From positions 48,926 through 112,925 of IMG/VR virus record IMGVR_UViG_3300042454_000021: a DNA stretch of 64,000 nt; one strand, written 5' to 3'. Position numbers and translations under genes: made by a program. Positions 28,074 through 38,079 of the stretch are shown here, in pieces. Under the pieces are notes generated by a model. That model worked only from the letters and a program-made list of their open reading frames with translations. It ran no database searches and was not told the DNA's origin. Every line of letters starts with the position of its first letter. The stretch's first letter is position 1. Origin of the DNA: a virus.

Positions 28074-29165
28074 CTAAATTCCAGGAACATTAACAACTTT
28101 AATCTTGTCTTTGTCAAAGAATTCTAGTGCCTTATTCAACCACTTTTCCTCTACTGCTTCATTGGTGGAAATGATATAAATCTGTGCTTTCTTGTCTGGA
28201 TTATTGTATTCCATAGCCATGCACCTATTCACCTTTTGAGCTAGATTCTCAGCGTTACTGTCAAAGTAATTCAAGATCACTTTGTTTAAAGGTTTGTATG
28301 TAACACCTGTATTACCAATCTTTACAACAGCCATGTGGCTTCCTTCTCCTTCTGCAAACCTTTTGAAGCCCTCTTTGTCAGGCGATTTGCTATGGTGTGA
28401 AGGTATACCTAAACTATCTGCAGCATCAGTAGTACCACAAAATACAAGTATGCGCTCATTGCTATACTTGTTTAATATTGCCTTAGTCATGTTTAACTTA
28501 GCAATACTTCCTTGGACGATTCTCATTCTCTTTAGGCGTAACATCATTGTGTCTTTACCTTGAGAGCTGAGCTGTTCAATCACCCAACTACACGCGTCAA
28601 AATGTTTCTTCTCTGTCCTGGCTTTACCCTTAACAGTTGTAACAATTTTATTATCCAAAGGTACTTTAATCACTGTGATTTGATAATCAACAATAACGCC
28701 TTCTTGGATAGCTTGTTCAATAGGATAGTGTGCCAATACAGGAAGATCTAATCTCATGTCAAGCTCAGACTCTGTTGAGGTTGATAGAGTGCCTGTCAGT
28801 CCTAGCACTTGATGATTAAGTAATGTTAAATCTTGTAAAGCATCAATCTGTGCATCACTTAACAAATGTATCTCATCAATGATCACCACATCATACTCAT
28901 TGTTTACATGTTTATGTAAAGATAGGTGTGTTGTATAGGTGATGTTTGAATTGTTGTATCCACGTTCTTTGAAATCCTCCTCCCAAGAATCCTTGATCTT
29001 AACATCAGGATAGGCGATTAGTATAGATATATCATCATTCATCTTTTCCAAGATGTTAATTGTTGTATATATCTTACCAAATCTTGGACACAGATTTAGG
29101 ATACCCCATTTCTTATCAAGCCATATCTGTGCAAACTCTTGTTGCCTTTGATCTCTTAAACTCAT
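28074..29165 (-). CDS. Superfamily 2 helicase-like protein
   Basis: LRDQ.Q Q-motif, FGKI, DEIH, GLTGT. Confidence 0.8.
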   Translation of the reverse strand: MSLRDQRQQEFAQIWLDKKWGILNLCPRFGKIYTTINILEKMNDDISILIAYPDVKIKDSWEEDFKERGYNNSNITYTTHLSLHKHVNNEYDVVIIDEIHLLSDAQIDALQDLTLLNHQVLGLTGTLSTSTESELDMRLDLPVLAHYPIEQAIQEGVIVDYQITVIKVPLDNKIVTTVKGKARTEKKHFDACSWVIEQLSSQGKDTMMLRLKRMRIVQGSIAKLNMTKAILNKYSNERILVFCGTTDAADSLGIPSHHSKSPDKEGFKRFAEGEGSHMAVVKIGNTGVTYKPLNKVILNYFDSNAENLAQKVNRCMAMEYNNPDKKAQIYIISTNEAVEEKWLNKALEFFDKDKIKVVNVPGI

Positions 29166-30232
29166 GGTTCTAAAAAGAATGTTTTATTTACTATTGATTG
29201 ATAATCATACTCTGATATATTCTTAACTCTTGGTAGTTCTTTGAACATACCCACTTGACCTAGGAAACCTAGACCAATACGAATATCATCTTCACCATAA
29301 CTATTTTTGATTAGTCTTAGTGAACGATAATACTTACCACCAAATTCATCTTTAAGCCTATCAAGATCATAACCACTAGGGTCTGTAACTTTATAACGCA
29401 TAGGATCAAATAGTGCTAACACAACATCAGCATCGTCCTGTGTAGATGAGCTGTCCTTGAAATCTTCTAGCTGTGGTTCTACGTCACCATTCTTAATCCT
29501 CATAGGATTAGCAATGTCACGATTGAACTGACTTACAACTATTGGTGAATATCCATACATGTCACGAGCATATCTCAGCTCTTCAGACATCTTATCGATG
29601 GCTGCCTTCTTTGTATTATAATCCTTGGTAACTTTTAATAGACCAATGTGATCGATAACAACCAGGGTCACTGTGTTATCTTCATCAGGAATATAAACTC
29701 TGTTATACTTATCGATTTCTTCTATTCTACCATTAGCTTCAGCATGATCTTTCAAATGCTTAGCTACGCCTATTGGATTATCTGGACCATCAATGATTGT
29801 AATGATTTCTGACATGCTGCCAATATAATCTCTCTGTGCTAGAAATAAATCATGCTCATCATGCGTCATCTTCTCCTTCTGCCAACCCAATAGTTTACTA
29901 ACAGGAATGATTATACCAGAATCTAAGAATATCTTCCTAGCTACCCATTTAGCCATCTTGTATGTCTTACTACGCTCCATGGATCTATATATAATCTTTA
30001 GCTTGATATCAGAGTTCTGACCATACTTAGATATATACCAATCAAATGGATTAAGGACATATGCATCATCTATAAAAGATGTCTTACCAGAACCTGTTAG
30101 ACCACCCACAAGAGTATATATAGACTTCCTGATACCAATGTATCTGTTAAGTCTATCAAACCCCATAGGTATACCACTGTTCTTACCATCAATACCATCT
30201 TGTACTGCCTTGGCTAAATCTTGAAATATCAT
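29162..30232 (-). CDS. dnaB: DnaB-like replicative helicase
   Basis: GLTGSGKTS, SME, VIDHIGL, VSQFNR, DADVV, IKN. Confidence 0.88.
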   Translation of the reverse strand: MIFQDLAKAVQDGIDGKNSGIPMGFDRLNRYIGIRKSIYTLVGGLTGSGKTSFIDDAYVLNPFDWYISKYGQNSDIKLKIIYRSMERSKTYKMAKWVARKIFLDSGIIIPVSKLLGWQKEKMTHDEHDLFLAQRDYIGSMSEIITIIDGPDNPIGVAKHLKDHAEANGRIEEIDKYNRVYIPDEDNTVTLVVIDHIGLLKVTKDYNTKKAAIDKMSEELRYARDMYGYSPIVVSQFNRDIANPMRIKNGDVEPQLEDFKDSSSTQDDADVVLALFDPMRYKVTDPSGYDLDRLKDEFGGKYYRSLRLIKNSYGEDDIRIGLGFLGQVGMFKELPRVKNISEYDYQSIVNKTFFLEP

Positions 30233-30438
30233 AGTTTCTCTATTTCTTGTTTAACTTCTTGCCAATATATTTTTTCTAATTCATAATCGTAACTTCCAAT
30301 TATAACATTTAATATTTCATCTACTGCAATTAATGCACATTGTTTAGCAAATTGTTGTCTACTTTCAACATGATGTGGATGAGTAGATGTATTGTAGAAA
30401 TTATTATAGAGTTCTATTGCTTTTTCTTTTGGTGTCAT
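30229..30438 (-). CDS. Small phage protein (MTPKEKA...CALIAVDEI type)
   Basis: Coupled ORF with a recurrent phage sequence pattern. Confidence 0.65.
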   Translation of the reverse strand: MTPKEKAIELYNNFYNTSTHPHHVESRQQFAKQCALIAVDEILNVIIGSYDYELEKIYWQEVKQEIEKL

Positions 30439-31061
30439 ATATCTGTTGTTCCTACTGGTTTGGGTTTTTCTTCAATTGTGATTCCTTGCTTAACAAGCTC
30501 GATGAATGGTTCAAAGCTTCTCTGTGTTAGATATGTAAGACTATTCTGCATGTATTTAAGTTTATTCTCTCCTGATTTGTATGAGTTCTCTTTCTTTTGA
30601 AGAACATCAAACTCAACAGCAGCGACTAAATCATCTGCAGTGTATTCTCCTTCTGACAAAATGGCATTGAATTTAAGCCTACAGTTCTCTACATCTCTAC
30701 GTAAAGATCTAGAGCCTGAGAAGCTTTTATCTTTATGCTTGAATGTATCAGTTCCTGGGAATGCTTTCCACCATCTTTGAAAATCTTCAGTGGCAGGCTT
30801 CTTCTTGATAATCTTATCTTTAGGAGCTTCCTCTTTAAGAAACTTAAGAACATTCTTACCTGTTAGTGTGATTTTGTTATCTCCTGATATCAGTCCTTTA
30901 CGATAAATACCTTGAGCAAGGATCTCCAGTTTAGGATCTCCATTACATGCGTCTTTTAGATCATGGCCCTCCTCCACTAGTTTGAGGAGAAAGACCATGT
31001 CTAATGTAAAACCATTCTTGAGTAGCTCTTTAAAATGATAGAGCGTCAATTTTACGTTCAT
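30435..31061 (-). CDS. Putative replication initiation or helicase-loader protein
   Basis: F..WW..FP and YMQN..TYL..R.FE; upstream of DnaB. Confidence 0.5.
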   Translation of the reverse strand: MNVKLTLYHFKELLKNGFTLDMVFLLKLVEEGHDLKDACNGDPKLEILAQGIYRKGLISGDNKITLTGKNVLKFLKEEAPKDKIIKKKPATEDFQRWWKAFPGTDTFKHKDKSFSGSRSLRRDVENCRLKFNAILSEGEYTADDLVAAVEFDVLQKKENSYKSGENKLKYMQNSLTYLTQRSFEPFIELVKQGITIEEKPKPVGTTDI

Positions 31062-31296
31062 AATTTCTAATTATTCTGTGATCTATTTTAGCAATTAAAC
31101 TTTGAGGAATGCACACATTAATCTTAGCCCTCTCTTGTAGAGATTCTAGATCTTTTAAATGAACTTTATCGCTCATAAAAGCTTCAATTTGAGCGATACC
31201 TGGGTCATTTAGTGAGCGATAAAATAGCTCCTTCTCCTCTTGCAAATATACTAAATCTTTCTGAGCTTCACGCTCGTAGTCTTCTATATGTATCAT
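31030..31296 (-). CDS. Hypothetical protein
   Basis: ORF within the operon. Confidence 0.55.
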   Translation of the reverse strand: MIHIEDYEREAQKDLVYLQEEKELFYRSLNDPGIAQIEAFMSDKVHLKDLESLQERAKINVCIPQSLIAKIDHRIIRNYERKIDALSF

Positions 31297-31300
31297 AATT

Positions 31301-31489
31301 TTACATTGAATTTGTGTTTAAACCATATATTATTCTAGGCTTGGGCTTTTTAATAACTTTACGTTTAGGCTTAGGTTTATTCATCTCAGCCATCATTTCT
31401 TCTTTTGTTATATAACCCTTTTCAACAGCCAATTTTAATGCTTGTCCTTTAGTAGGATAAGGATTATCAATGATTTTTTTCTTACTCAT
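31301..31489 (-). CDS. Basic hypothetical protein
   Basis: Start reassigned to MSKKK. Confidence 0.5.
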   Translation of the reverse strand: MSKKKIIDNPYPTKGQALKLAVEKGYITKEEMMAEMNKPKPKRKVIKKPKPRIIYGLNTNSM

Positions 31490-31688
31490 TATCATTATAG
31501 TTCTCATACTCTCTAAACTTTGGGTCCAAGGTACGTCCTTCGTTATCCCAATAACTTTCACATTTATCCCCCTTACGAGGTGATTCAGCAAAGACAGATT
31601 GTCTAAACTGATTCCATGGTGCTGTGTGCCTGTAGCACTTAAATTTCACAGGACATTCCATGTCCCTACACATTGCTATATCAGCCAT
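31482..31688 (-). CDS. Cys-rich small phage protein
   Basis: MADIAMC...CP....C.R......QS.F...P....C..YW. Confidence 0.65.
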   Translation of the reverse strand: MADIAMCRDMECPVKFKCYRHTAPWNQFRQSVFAESPRKGDKCESYWDNEGRTLDPKFREYENYNDNE

Positions 31689-32061
31689 TGTCTTGTTGTT
31701 TAGATAGTTTAATTAACTCATCAATACACGCTTGCTCTGCTTGCTCATAGCTATCAATATATAATTGAAAATGAGTGTGACCTTTTATCAAATCATTAAT
31801 GTGATAAGAGTATTCAATGCCATATTCTTGCGTATCAGAATCAACATATCCTAATAGGTTATGTTTCTCTCTAAACCATCTAAATACTTGTTGTTTAAGT
31901 GGAGCTTTGAGTTCAAAGGATGAGTAGTACTGACTATCCTCAATAGATACATAGGATACATACATAGATTTGTTCAAATCATATCCAGCTAAACAGGGTT
32001 CATCAAACCCTAATTCCTTTAAGGCTAATGCTTGTTCGTATGTTACAAATTCTTTATTCAT
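31681..32061 (-). CDS. Small phage protein (EFVTYEQALALKELGFDEPC type)
   Basis: Recurrent phage sequence pattern; start reassigned to MNKEFV. Confidence 0.7.
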   Translation of the reverse strand: MNKEFVTYEQALALKELGFDEPCLAGYDLNKSMYVSYVSIEDSQYYSSFELKAPLKQQVFRWFREKHNLLGYVDSDTQEYGIEYSYHINDLIKGHTHFQLYIDSYEQAEQACIDELIKLSKQQDNG

Positions 32062-32299
32062 TGTCTTTGCCATAAGTTTCGTTGTAATATTTTTCTTTTG
32101 GCTCATAAGCATCAGGAGTACAAATAGTTGCTCCATTAGTTTGTCCACATAACCAAGCATCTTTTATCTGCTCTTTCTCCATTTCTTTAGTTTTATTGTA
32201 CACCATCTCTAGATAGTCAAACAAGTTATCAGGCAGGAATGATTTACTTTCTTTTATTTCTTGAAATAGAATGTCTAATGCTGTTCGTTTATTTGCCAT
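32054..32299 (-). CDS. Hypothetical protein
   Basis: KEMEKEQI.DA...G pattern. Confidence 0.6.
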   Translation of the reverse strand: MANKRTALDILFQEIKESKSFLPDNLFDYLEMVYNKTKEMEKEQIKDAWLCGQTNGATICTPDAYEPKEKYYNETYGKDNE

Positions 32300-32534
32300 T
32301 TTTATGTTTTAGATTATAATTTATTTTCCACTCTGGTTTGAACTGATTAAATGAATAAAATCCACTAGGAGAGAAACGTGCTATTAGTTTCTTATTACAT
32401 GCTTTACAATAATATGTTACAGCAGAAGAGTTGCCTGTTTTATCAAACAACTCTTCTATTATTGATACATTTTGTATATCTCCACAATAAAGACAGTGCA
32501 TCTTATCTTCCAATAATTTAGGTTTCTTTGGCAT
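32289..32534 (-). CDS. Zinc-ribbon protein
   Basis: CLYC and CKAC pairs. Confidence 0.55.
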   Translation of the reverse strand: MPKKPKLLEDKMHCLYCGDIQNVSIIEELFDKTGNSSAVTYYCKACNKKLIARFSPSGFYSFNQFKPEWKINYNLKHKNGK

Positions 32535-32535
32535 A

Positions 32536-32763
32536 TTAATACAGTTCTGATTCGTTCTTAGTTACAGGTGTTACATTATTTACATAATCATAATGTAATA
32601 ATGTGTAGGCCAGCTTATCTGGCCACACATAAAATACTCTCATTTTAAGAGAGTCAGGCTTTGTATACACAATATCATTCTTCTTGTATTTGTGTACAAT
32701 AATAGGAGCCATCTCTTTAGATGTACATCCCATCAATAACAATAAACAAACTATTCTTAACAT
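32536..32763 (-). CDS. Small lipoprotein
   Basis: Lipobox LLMG-C. Confidence 0.6.
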   Translation of the reverse strand: MLRIVCLLLLMGCTSKEMAPIIVHKYKKNDIVYTKPDSLKMRVFYVWPDKLAYTLLHYDYVNNVTPVTKNESELY

Positions 32764-33308
32764 GCTGCGTAGCCAAAGAATATATACGTTCCTTCTCTTT
32801 CTTGTGTAGATTTCTTGTATTTAATACAAGCTACATTAGCATCTTGATTAGTAAGAATCTTCTCCATACGTACAAACGTGGTGTTCTGTGATTTCTCTGT
32901 ATACTCACGAGCATACTTCACAGCATCAGTCTTGGTCTTGAAAGACTTCAACTGTCTGTCATCCCAACCTGTATATACATTGTAACGAAGCTCCCATTTA
33001 CTGGTGCCTTTAACAACAGTGTGATCAACAACAGATTTAATCTTGTTGTTATTCTTTACTGGTGATTCTTCTTCAATGACATAACATTCACGCTTACCTG
33101 CATTCTCTAACATGTCATCAATAAACTGACGTCTTTCTTTCTTACTCTTACGAAATTCAGCAGTTACATCTCTAAAGCTAGTTGTTGTACTGATTGTACC
33201 ATTGTAGAGATTTCTACCATGTTCTGATTCTGCTGCTTCTACAGCGTGTGTGTACGCTTCGCTAGCATTCATTCCTCTTTGTCTTGTAATAAAAGCTTGT
33301 GCTCCCAT
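32757..33308 (-). CDS. Hypothetical protein
   Basis: E.G...YNGTIST and C-terminal Y.FFG.A.C. Confidence 0.7.
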   Translation of the reverse strand: MGAQAFITRQRGMNASEAYTHAVEAAESEHGRNLYNGTISTTTSFRDVTAEFRKSKKERRQFIDDMLENAGKRECYVIEEESPVKNNNKIKSVVDHTVVKGTSKWELRYNVYTGWDDRQLKSFKTKTDAVKYAREYTEKSQNTTFVRMEKILTNQDANVACIKYKKSTQEREGTYIFFGYAAC

Positions 33309-33310
33309 GA

Positions 33311-33607
33311 TTATTTGATTAATGTGTAAATTAATGATGTAAGTGCTACCAATAATGTTAATGTTGCCATAATTCCTAGCATAATCAATGCTCCAATATT
33401 TTCATCAACAAAATCATAATATACATCTTTTTTAAACAGTTGTCTAATAGATGTAAATACAATCCATAATAATGATAGAATAATTATTGATAATCCTACA
33501 GCTAATAGCTGTGTTCCTTCATCAGGACTATGCTGATGGTGATGATGATTGTTTGCATTGTTCATTGCGTTCATTGTTGCAATTGTCATTGCTGTTGATG
33601 CTCCCAT
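33311..33607 (-). CDS. Two-TM membrane protein with a His tract
   Basis: HHHHQH plus two hydrophobic helices. Confidence 0.6.
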   Translation of the reverse strand: MGASTAMTIATMNAMNNANNHHHHQHSPDEGTQLLAVGLSIIILSLLWIVFTSIRQLFKKDVYYDFVDENIGALIMLGIMATLTLLVALTSLIYTLIK

Positions 33608-33609
33608 GA

Positions 33610-33834
33610 TTATTTTACCTTTTCTAAGTTATACGATACTTTATACTTGCCTAATAGTTTAATCTCATACAGATAAATTTCTGTCATGTATGGTTCATTC
33701 TCCTTAACATAATTGATAGCAGCGTCTGCTGTCAGTTCTGGATATAATTCCATCTCTGGCTCAATAGGTGAAGTTGATGCAACATAATACATTTGCTCTT
33801 CTGTTGATTCTTGTTGTTTTTTAGGACGTCCCAT
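33610..33834 (-). CDS. Hypothetical protein
   Basis: ORF preceded by the CACATTTTAAA leader motif. Confidence 0.6.
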   Translation of the reverse strand: MGRPKKQQESTEEQMYYVASTSPIEPEMELYPELTADAAINYVKENEPYMTEIYLYEIKLLGKYKVSYNLEKVK

Positions 33835-33923
33835 GTTTTTGTGATTTAAAATGTGTAAAAATTATAATATGTAAAACTATAAATTACCAATAAACACCTA
33901 AAAGTGGTAAAATTGAGTAATAG

Positions 33924-34149
33924 AAAAGCCCCAGATTTCTCTGAGGCTAAAAGCGTTACAAATTGTAACAGTTTAGATAATTAATAAAAGTAGTAGTAAT
34001 ACTACTGATTTACAATGTTAAATTACATCGTCTAATTCGACGATAATTCGAATTATCGTGTATTTTATGACACTTTTTGTCAAATTTTATACCCTTTCAC
34101 GTATAAATTTTGGAAATAGTGCAATATTATACCCTTTCGCATATAATTT
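33924..34149. repeat. Intergenic array of short palindromes and inverted repeats
   Basis: Terminator-like hairpin at 33926-33948, then about seven inverted repeats including a perfect 20-bp palindrome at 34040-34059. Confidence 0.75.
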
Positions 34150-34164
34150 AACTAACATCAAGTG

Positions 34165-34545
34165 TCAATCATAATACCCTCTAAAGAACTTCTTCATCTT
34201 TTGTAAGAATGTAGGCTGTTGATCTTTAAGAATATGTGCTTCAGGTGGTATTGTTGTGTGGATGTGTGTTGTATCAACCTCTTCTGGATTATACTCACGC
34301 AATCCTAAATTAAGCTCGAACCAACTCATTGTTGACTGTGCTCTTGTCTTATTACACTTAAAAGTTTTCTTAATAAGTGGAAGAGCAGCCTTACGCCATT
34401 CTAATGTTTGTTCTGTTGTCAATGTATACACTCTCCAGAATTCTGGTGTGTCCACTGCGTCCTGATAGGTTAGTCCTATCATTTCCATTTGCATAGTGAC
34501 TAACTTTCTGTTAATCTCTTCTCGTTGTTTATCTGATCCTGCCAT
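34165..34545 (-). CDS. Hypothetical protein
   Basis: Coupled to the DNA polymerase gene. Confidence 0.65.
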   Translation of the reverse strand: MAGSDKQREEINRKLVTMQMEMIGLTYQDAVDTPEFWRVYTLTTEQTLEWRKAALPLIKKTFKCNKTRAQSTMSWFELNLGLREYNPEEVDTTHIHTTIPPEAHILKDQQPTFLQKMKKFFRGYYD

Positions 34546-36494
34546 TAAAATAAATTTAGTTGGTTCGCGATTATTACAGGTCTTTTCTTACCATTGTAAT
34601 TAATCTTGTTAATAATTCTTTCTGCTTTCTCTATGTAATAAGAATGATTAATATTATCTAGAGAATGATCCTTAGATAGCTTATTACACACTGTCATTAG
34701 CCACTCACCTGCTTCCACTTGTGATATTGGTGCAGCGTTGGATAGACATTCTGGGTTCTTCACTTTCAATAGCTTCTCACCAGTGTTAGATACATAATAT
34801 CTAATTAGTTTATTATACACAGTAGTCTTGCCATTGAACTTGCCTTCATAATGAAAGTCTCTGCTAGCCTTCTGTCTGAGACAAAAATCAAAGATGTTAC
34901 TATGATTACTGATACTATCAGCAACAGGAATACCATCGCAATAATAACGCTCAAGAGCAATAGGCACCACTCTAGCAGATTTGTTTTTATGTAATTCAAA
35001 ATCTGTAAGGAAATCACCTTTCTTCTTAACTTCTCCATTGGTCTTAACTGCTAGATAATCATTAACTGTTGAGAATATAATCTTACTGTAATCTGTACGC
35101 TCAAGCTCATATTTCGTTAAGTTAGACCACCATGCATTAATCTCATGCATCTCATCAAGATGTGTCTTTTCTATTCTAATTGTAACACCATCTGTATTAG
35201 CTGATATAACATGTATACCTGCTAGTTCATAAGCTTCAATAAGCATAAGCAAGCTAAGCTCTCCAGTAATAGTAGTGAACATAGTAAGCTGTCTATCGTA
35301 GATCCACGACTGCATATCAGAAGACTTACCATATACAGAATTGACAGCAAGCTTAAGGGCACCAACAATGCCTGCAATGCGTTTGCTCTTTTTAGCCTGT
35401 GGCTTGAGTTCAAGACGCCTTTCAAACATGCGCTTATAACCAGTAAGAAACTCTTTACCAAGGTGGCTAGGATAGCGACCATTATTGATAATAATAGCAG
35501 GATAGTAACTAGAGACATCCCAATCAATAATTTCAAAATGCTCATCAGTTTCGAATACCTCTGGTTTGTTCTCTGTGTGTAAGCCACCTTTAGCGAACGT
35601 ATAAGTGTTGCCATAAAAATGTATACTTTCTTTAAAGTCATCATTAAGTCCTAATACTAGTTTATCTATGTACTTTTTAAACTCAATGAGCTGGTTAGTT
35701 TGAAACTTTAGATAATCAGGTCTACATTGTGATACAGTTATCTTCTTTCTAAAGAATCCTGTGCGAGGTAGATTAGCATATGTAATTTTCTTCTCTTCAC
35801 AATAATACTTTTTAATCATCTCATCACCAATCTTACTATCAGAATAATTAATACAGTTAATACCAAACTCTTCTTGTATGTCTAGTCTTAATTGTAATTG
35901 ATTATTTCCTTTATACAAGGGATGTTCTGTATCACCTGTTGTAACCTTAAAGAACTCATAGGTTGCCATTACATCATTCACACAATAGTTCATTGTAACA
36001 TCTATCTCTTCTTGAGTCATGTTACGCTTTGTGTGATGTATAGGCATTTCCTCAATGTTCTCAAGGTCCATCTCAAACTCTAGACGTTTAAGGCTAACCA
36101 TACGATTCTTATTATCATAATGATTAACCTTAAACAAATCTATCTGTTTGAACGACAAATCCTCTTCTCGATATTCTGGGAACTGTTCGTAATTAGCATC
36201 TTCAATCACATCTTGAGCCTTCTGTGCAATTTTAGCACATATTTCTAGCCCTCCAAGTTCATGCCAATTATCATGATTACGTAACACCCATTCTACCACT
36301 TGAGCATCAAAACGAAGATTATTATAACCCACCCAATAATAGTCTGGCTTATCATGCATTAGTTTTGTAAATGCATCAAAGTTATTCTGCCATTGGCTAA
36401 TCAGGAAATCATAATGCTCATCTTCTTTTGGATCGTAGACATGTATCAGGAATAACTCCTGCATTGTCTCGATATCATAAATTAATACGTCCAT
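34545..36494 (-). CDS. polB: DNA polymerase family B (crAss-type)
   Basis: ExoI YDIET, GYNN..FD, YC.NDV; DVSSYYP, KL..NS.YGK, NTDG. Confidence 0.93.
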   Translation of the reverse strand: MDVLIYDIETMQELFLIHVYDPKEDEHYDFLISQWQNNFDAFTKLMHDKPDYYWVGYNNLRFDAQVVEWVLRNHDNWHELGGLEICAKIAQKAQDVIEDANYEQFPEYREEDLSFKQIDLFKVNHYDNKNRMVSLKRLEFEMDLENIEEMPIHHTKRNMTQEEIDVTMNYCVNDVMATYEFFKVTTGDTEHPLYKGNNQLQLRLDIQEEFGINCINYSDSKIGDEMIKKYYCEEKKITYANLPRTGFFRKKITVSQCRPDYLKFQTNQLIEFKKYIDKLVLGLNDDFKESIHFYGNTYTFAKGGLHTENKPEVFETDEHFEIIDWDVSSYYPAIIINNGRYPSHLGKEFLTGYKRMFERRLELKPQAKKSKRIAGIVGALKLAVNSVYGKSSDMQSWIYDRQLTMFTTITGELSLLMLIEAYELAGIHVISANTDGVTIRIEKTHLDEMHEINAWWSNLTKYELERTDYSKIIFSTVNDYLAVKTNGEVKKKGDFLTDFELHKNKSARVVPIALERYYCDGIPVADSISNHSNIFDFCLRQKASRDFHYEGKFNGKTTVYNKLIRYYVSNTGEKLLKVKNPECLSNAAPISQVEAGEWLMTVCNKLSKDHSLDNINHSYYIEKAERIINKINYNGKKRPVIIANQLNLF

Positions 36495-36652
36495 TTATCT
36501 TCTATTATATCAATTAAATCTTTCATATTGGTTGAAAATAAACAGTTGTCTTTATTACCATTCCAATAGTCATTACAACTCTCTCTTGGAATAGCCCACC
36601 ACAATCCCTCATGGTGATTGTAATGGAATACATAGTTATATATTAATTCCAT
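36482..36652 (-). CDS. Hypothetical protein, 56 aa (MELIYNYVFHYNHH...)
   Basis: Translated manually; fills the gap between genes. Confidence 0.55.
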   Translation of the reverse strand: MELIYNYVFHYNHHEGLWWAIPRESCNDYWNGNKDNCLFSTNMKDLIDIIEDKWTY

Positions 36653-36918
36653 TGTTCTAAAGCTGTTCTGCTTTTATTAACTTTAATCTCACGTAAGCCA
36701 TATTTCTCAAGATATTGTTTCTTGCTACGCATATGCTCAATTTGTAATTCATTATCAACAGATTTAAATACATTGACAATTGCTTTAATCACCTCTGGTG
36801 ATTCTATTTCTGGTGCTTTGTTGTTCATAGTTCGATTAATTATAGCAGACACCACCACGATGCCTGCAAAGGTTAAAACATAAAATACTGGATGTAGGTT
36901 AATCTTCATCGTCTCCAT
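36643..36918 (-). CDS. Membrane-anchored hypothetical protein
   Basis: N-terminal TM segment. Confidence 0.55.
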   Translation of the reverse strand: METMKINLHPVFYVLTFAGIVVVSAIINRTMNNKAPEIESPEVIKAIVNVFKSVDNELQIEHMRSKKQYLEKYGLREIKVNKSRTALEQWN

Positions 36919-37168
36919 AATAATCCATTGGGTCTATTGCTTCATATATATCATCAAGACTCACCCAATCAGGCACCTCCATCTTGTTGACATATTCACC
37001 ACAATATGTGATTAGTTTAGTATCCTCAATGACCAAATCATCATCACCTGGCTGTTCTAATGTAGCTTGTGATGTATGATGAGCCCATTTAATTTCTACA
37101 CTACAAAATATATCATCCTGTGTTGGATGATAGAAATCTGCAAGTGTTCTGCCTCTTGTTGTGCTCAT
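36899..37168 (-). CDS. Acidic hypothetical protein
   Basis: Overlapping ORF within the operon. Confidence 0.6.
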   Translation of the reverse strand: MSTTRGRTLADFYHPTQDDIFCSVEIKWAHHTSQATLEQPGDDDLVIEDTKLITYCGEYVNKMEVPDWVSLDDIYEAIDPMDYYGDDED

Positions 37169-37581
37169 AATACTATAATTGCTTTATCGTTTAAAATTAC
37201 TGGTTTACCTGCTGAGTCTATTTGAACATTAACTTTTTCACCTATAAACTCTGCAAGTGTTGAAGGTCTTACATTTTTTATTGCGCCTTCTTTATTAACT
37301 ACCCATGCCATACGATGGGATGGTACAATAACATTGTTTTCATCATCTACTAAGACTGGATTACTATTATCTAGCACTATCAACTTTAATTTGATTGTTT
37401 TCATAGCTTTTAAATCTATAGGTTTATCTAATTCTGAATAATTGTGATGAATAGTTTCAGCAGGAATAAATTTAGAAGCAGTCATTATTTTAACTGTTCC
37501 ATATATCACTGCAAATACTCTTATAGTAAAATACAATATTACAATTGTAAATATTCCTGCTGTTACCCTATCCTTTATCAT
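37165..37581 (-). CDS. Membrane-anchored hypothetical protein
   Basis: N-terminal TM segment. Confidence 0.55.
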   Translation of the reverse strand: MIKDRVTAGIFTIVILYFTIRVFAVIYGTVKIMTASKFIPAETIHHNYSELDKPIDLKAMKTIKLKLIVLDNSNPVLVDDENNVIVPSHRMAWVVNKEGAIKNVRPSTLAEFIGEKVNVQIDSAGKPVILNDKAIIVL

Positions 37582-37582
37582 T

Positions 37583-37852
37583 CTATTCAGATTTTGTTAT
37601 TAACCTACCATACTTAGTATACTTACCCTTTTCCATGTTATCTATATAGATGTCTTCTTGTGTTACTATTCCAAACCTTTCTGTTTTATTTTGCATAAAC
37701 CTACTTTTATTTGGAACTCCCTCATTGTGTGAGTTATAACTAACAAAAATCATAAGTATAAATATTGATAAGGTCACTAAGATAACAATAAATGTTAGAA
37801 AAAATGATAATAGTTTTCTTTCTACTCTATCTTCTCTATTTTCTGGCTCCAT
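37583..37852 (-). CDS. Membrane protein
   Basis: Long hydrophobic helix. Confidence 0.55.
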   Translation of the reverse strand: MEPENREDRVERKLLSFFLTFIVILVTLSIFILMIFVSYNSHNEGVPNKSRFMQNKTERFGIVTQEDIYIDNMEKGKYTKYGRLITKSE

Positions 37853-38079
37853 TAGTCCAAGATTTTAGATATTACACTACGTTCCACTTGATCTTCAGTG
37901 TTCTTACGAGCTCTCTCGTATGCTACAGTAATCTCTACATCTGTAAACAGATAAGGATTATACTGTCCATTGCTATTTAAAATTACAGCTTGATAAGTAT
38001 TATTAGCTGCTTTTTTCTTGTCCTGGTTCTTAACCTTTACAAGTTTACCCACTCTAGTTTTAATCGACATAATATTCAT
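37852..38079 (-). CDS. Hypothetical protein
   Basis: Coupled ORF. Confidence 0.6.
   Translation of the reverse strand: MNIMSIKTRVGKLVKVKNQDKKKAANNTYQAVILNSNGQYNPYLFTDVEITVAYERARKNTEDQVERSVISKILD

Noticed and set aside
33955-34149. Possible mini-CRISPR array
   Set aside because: Only two imperfect direct repeats, no regular repeat-spacer period, and no cas genes
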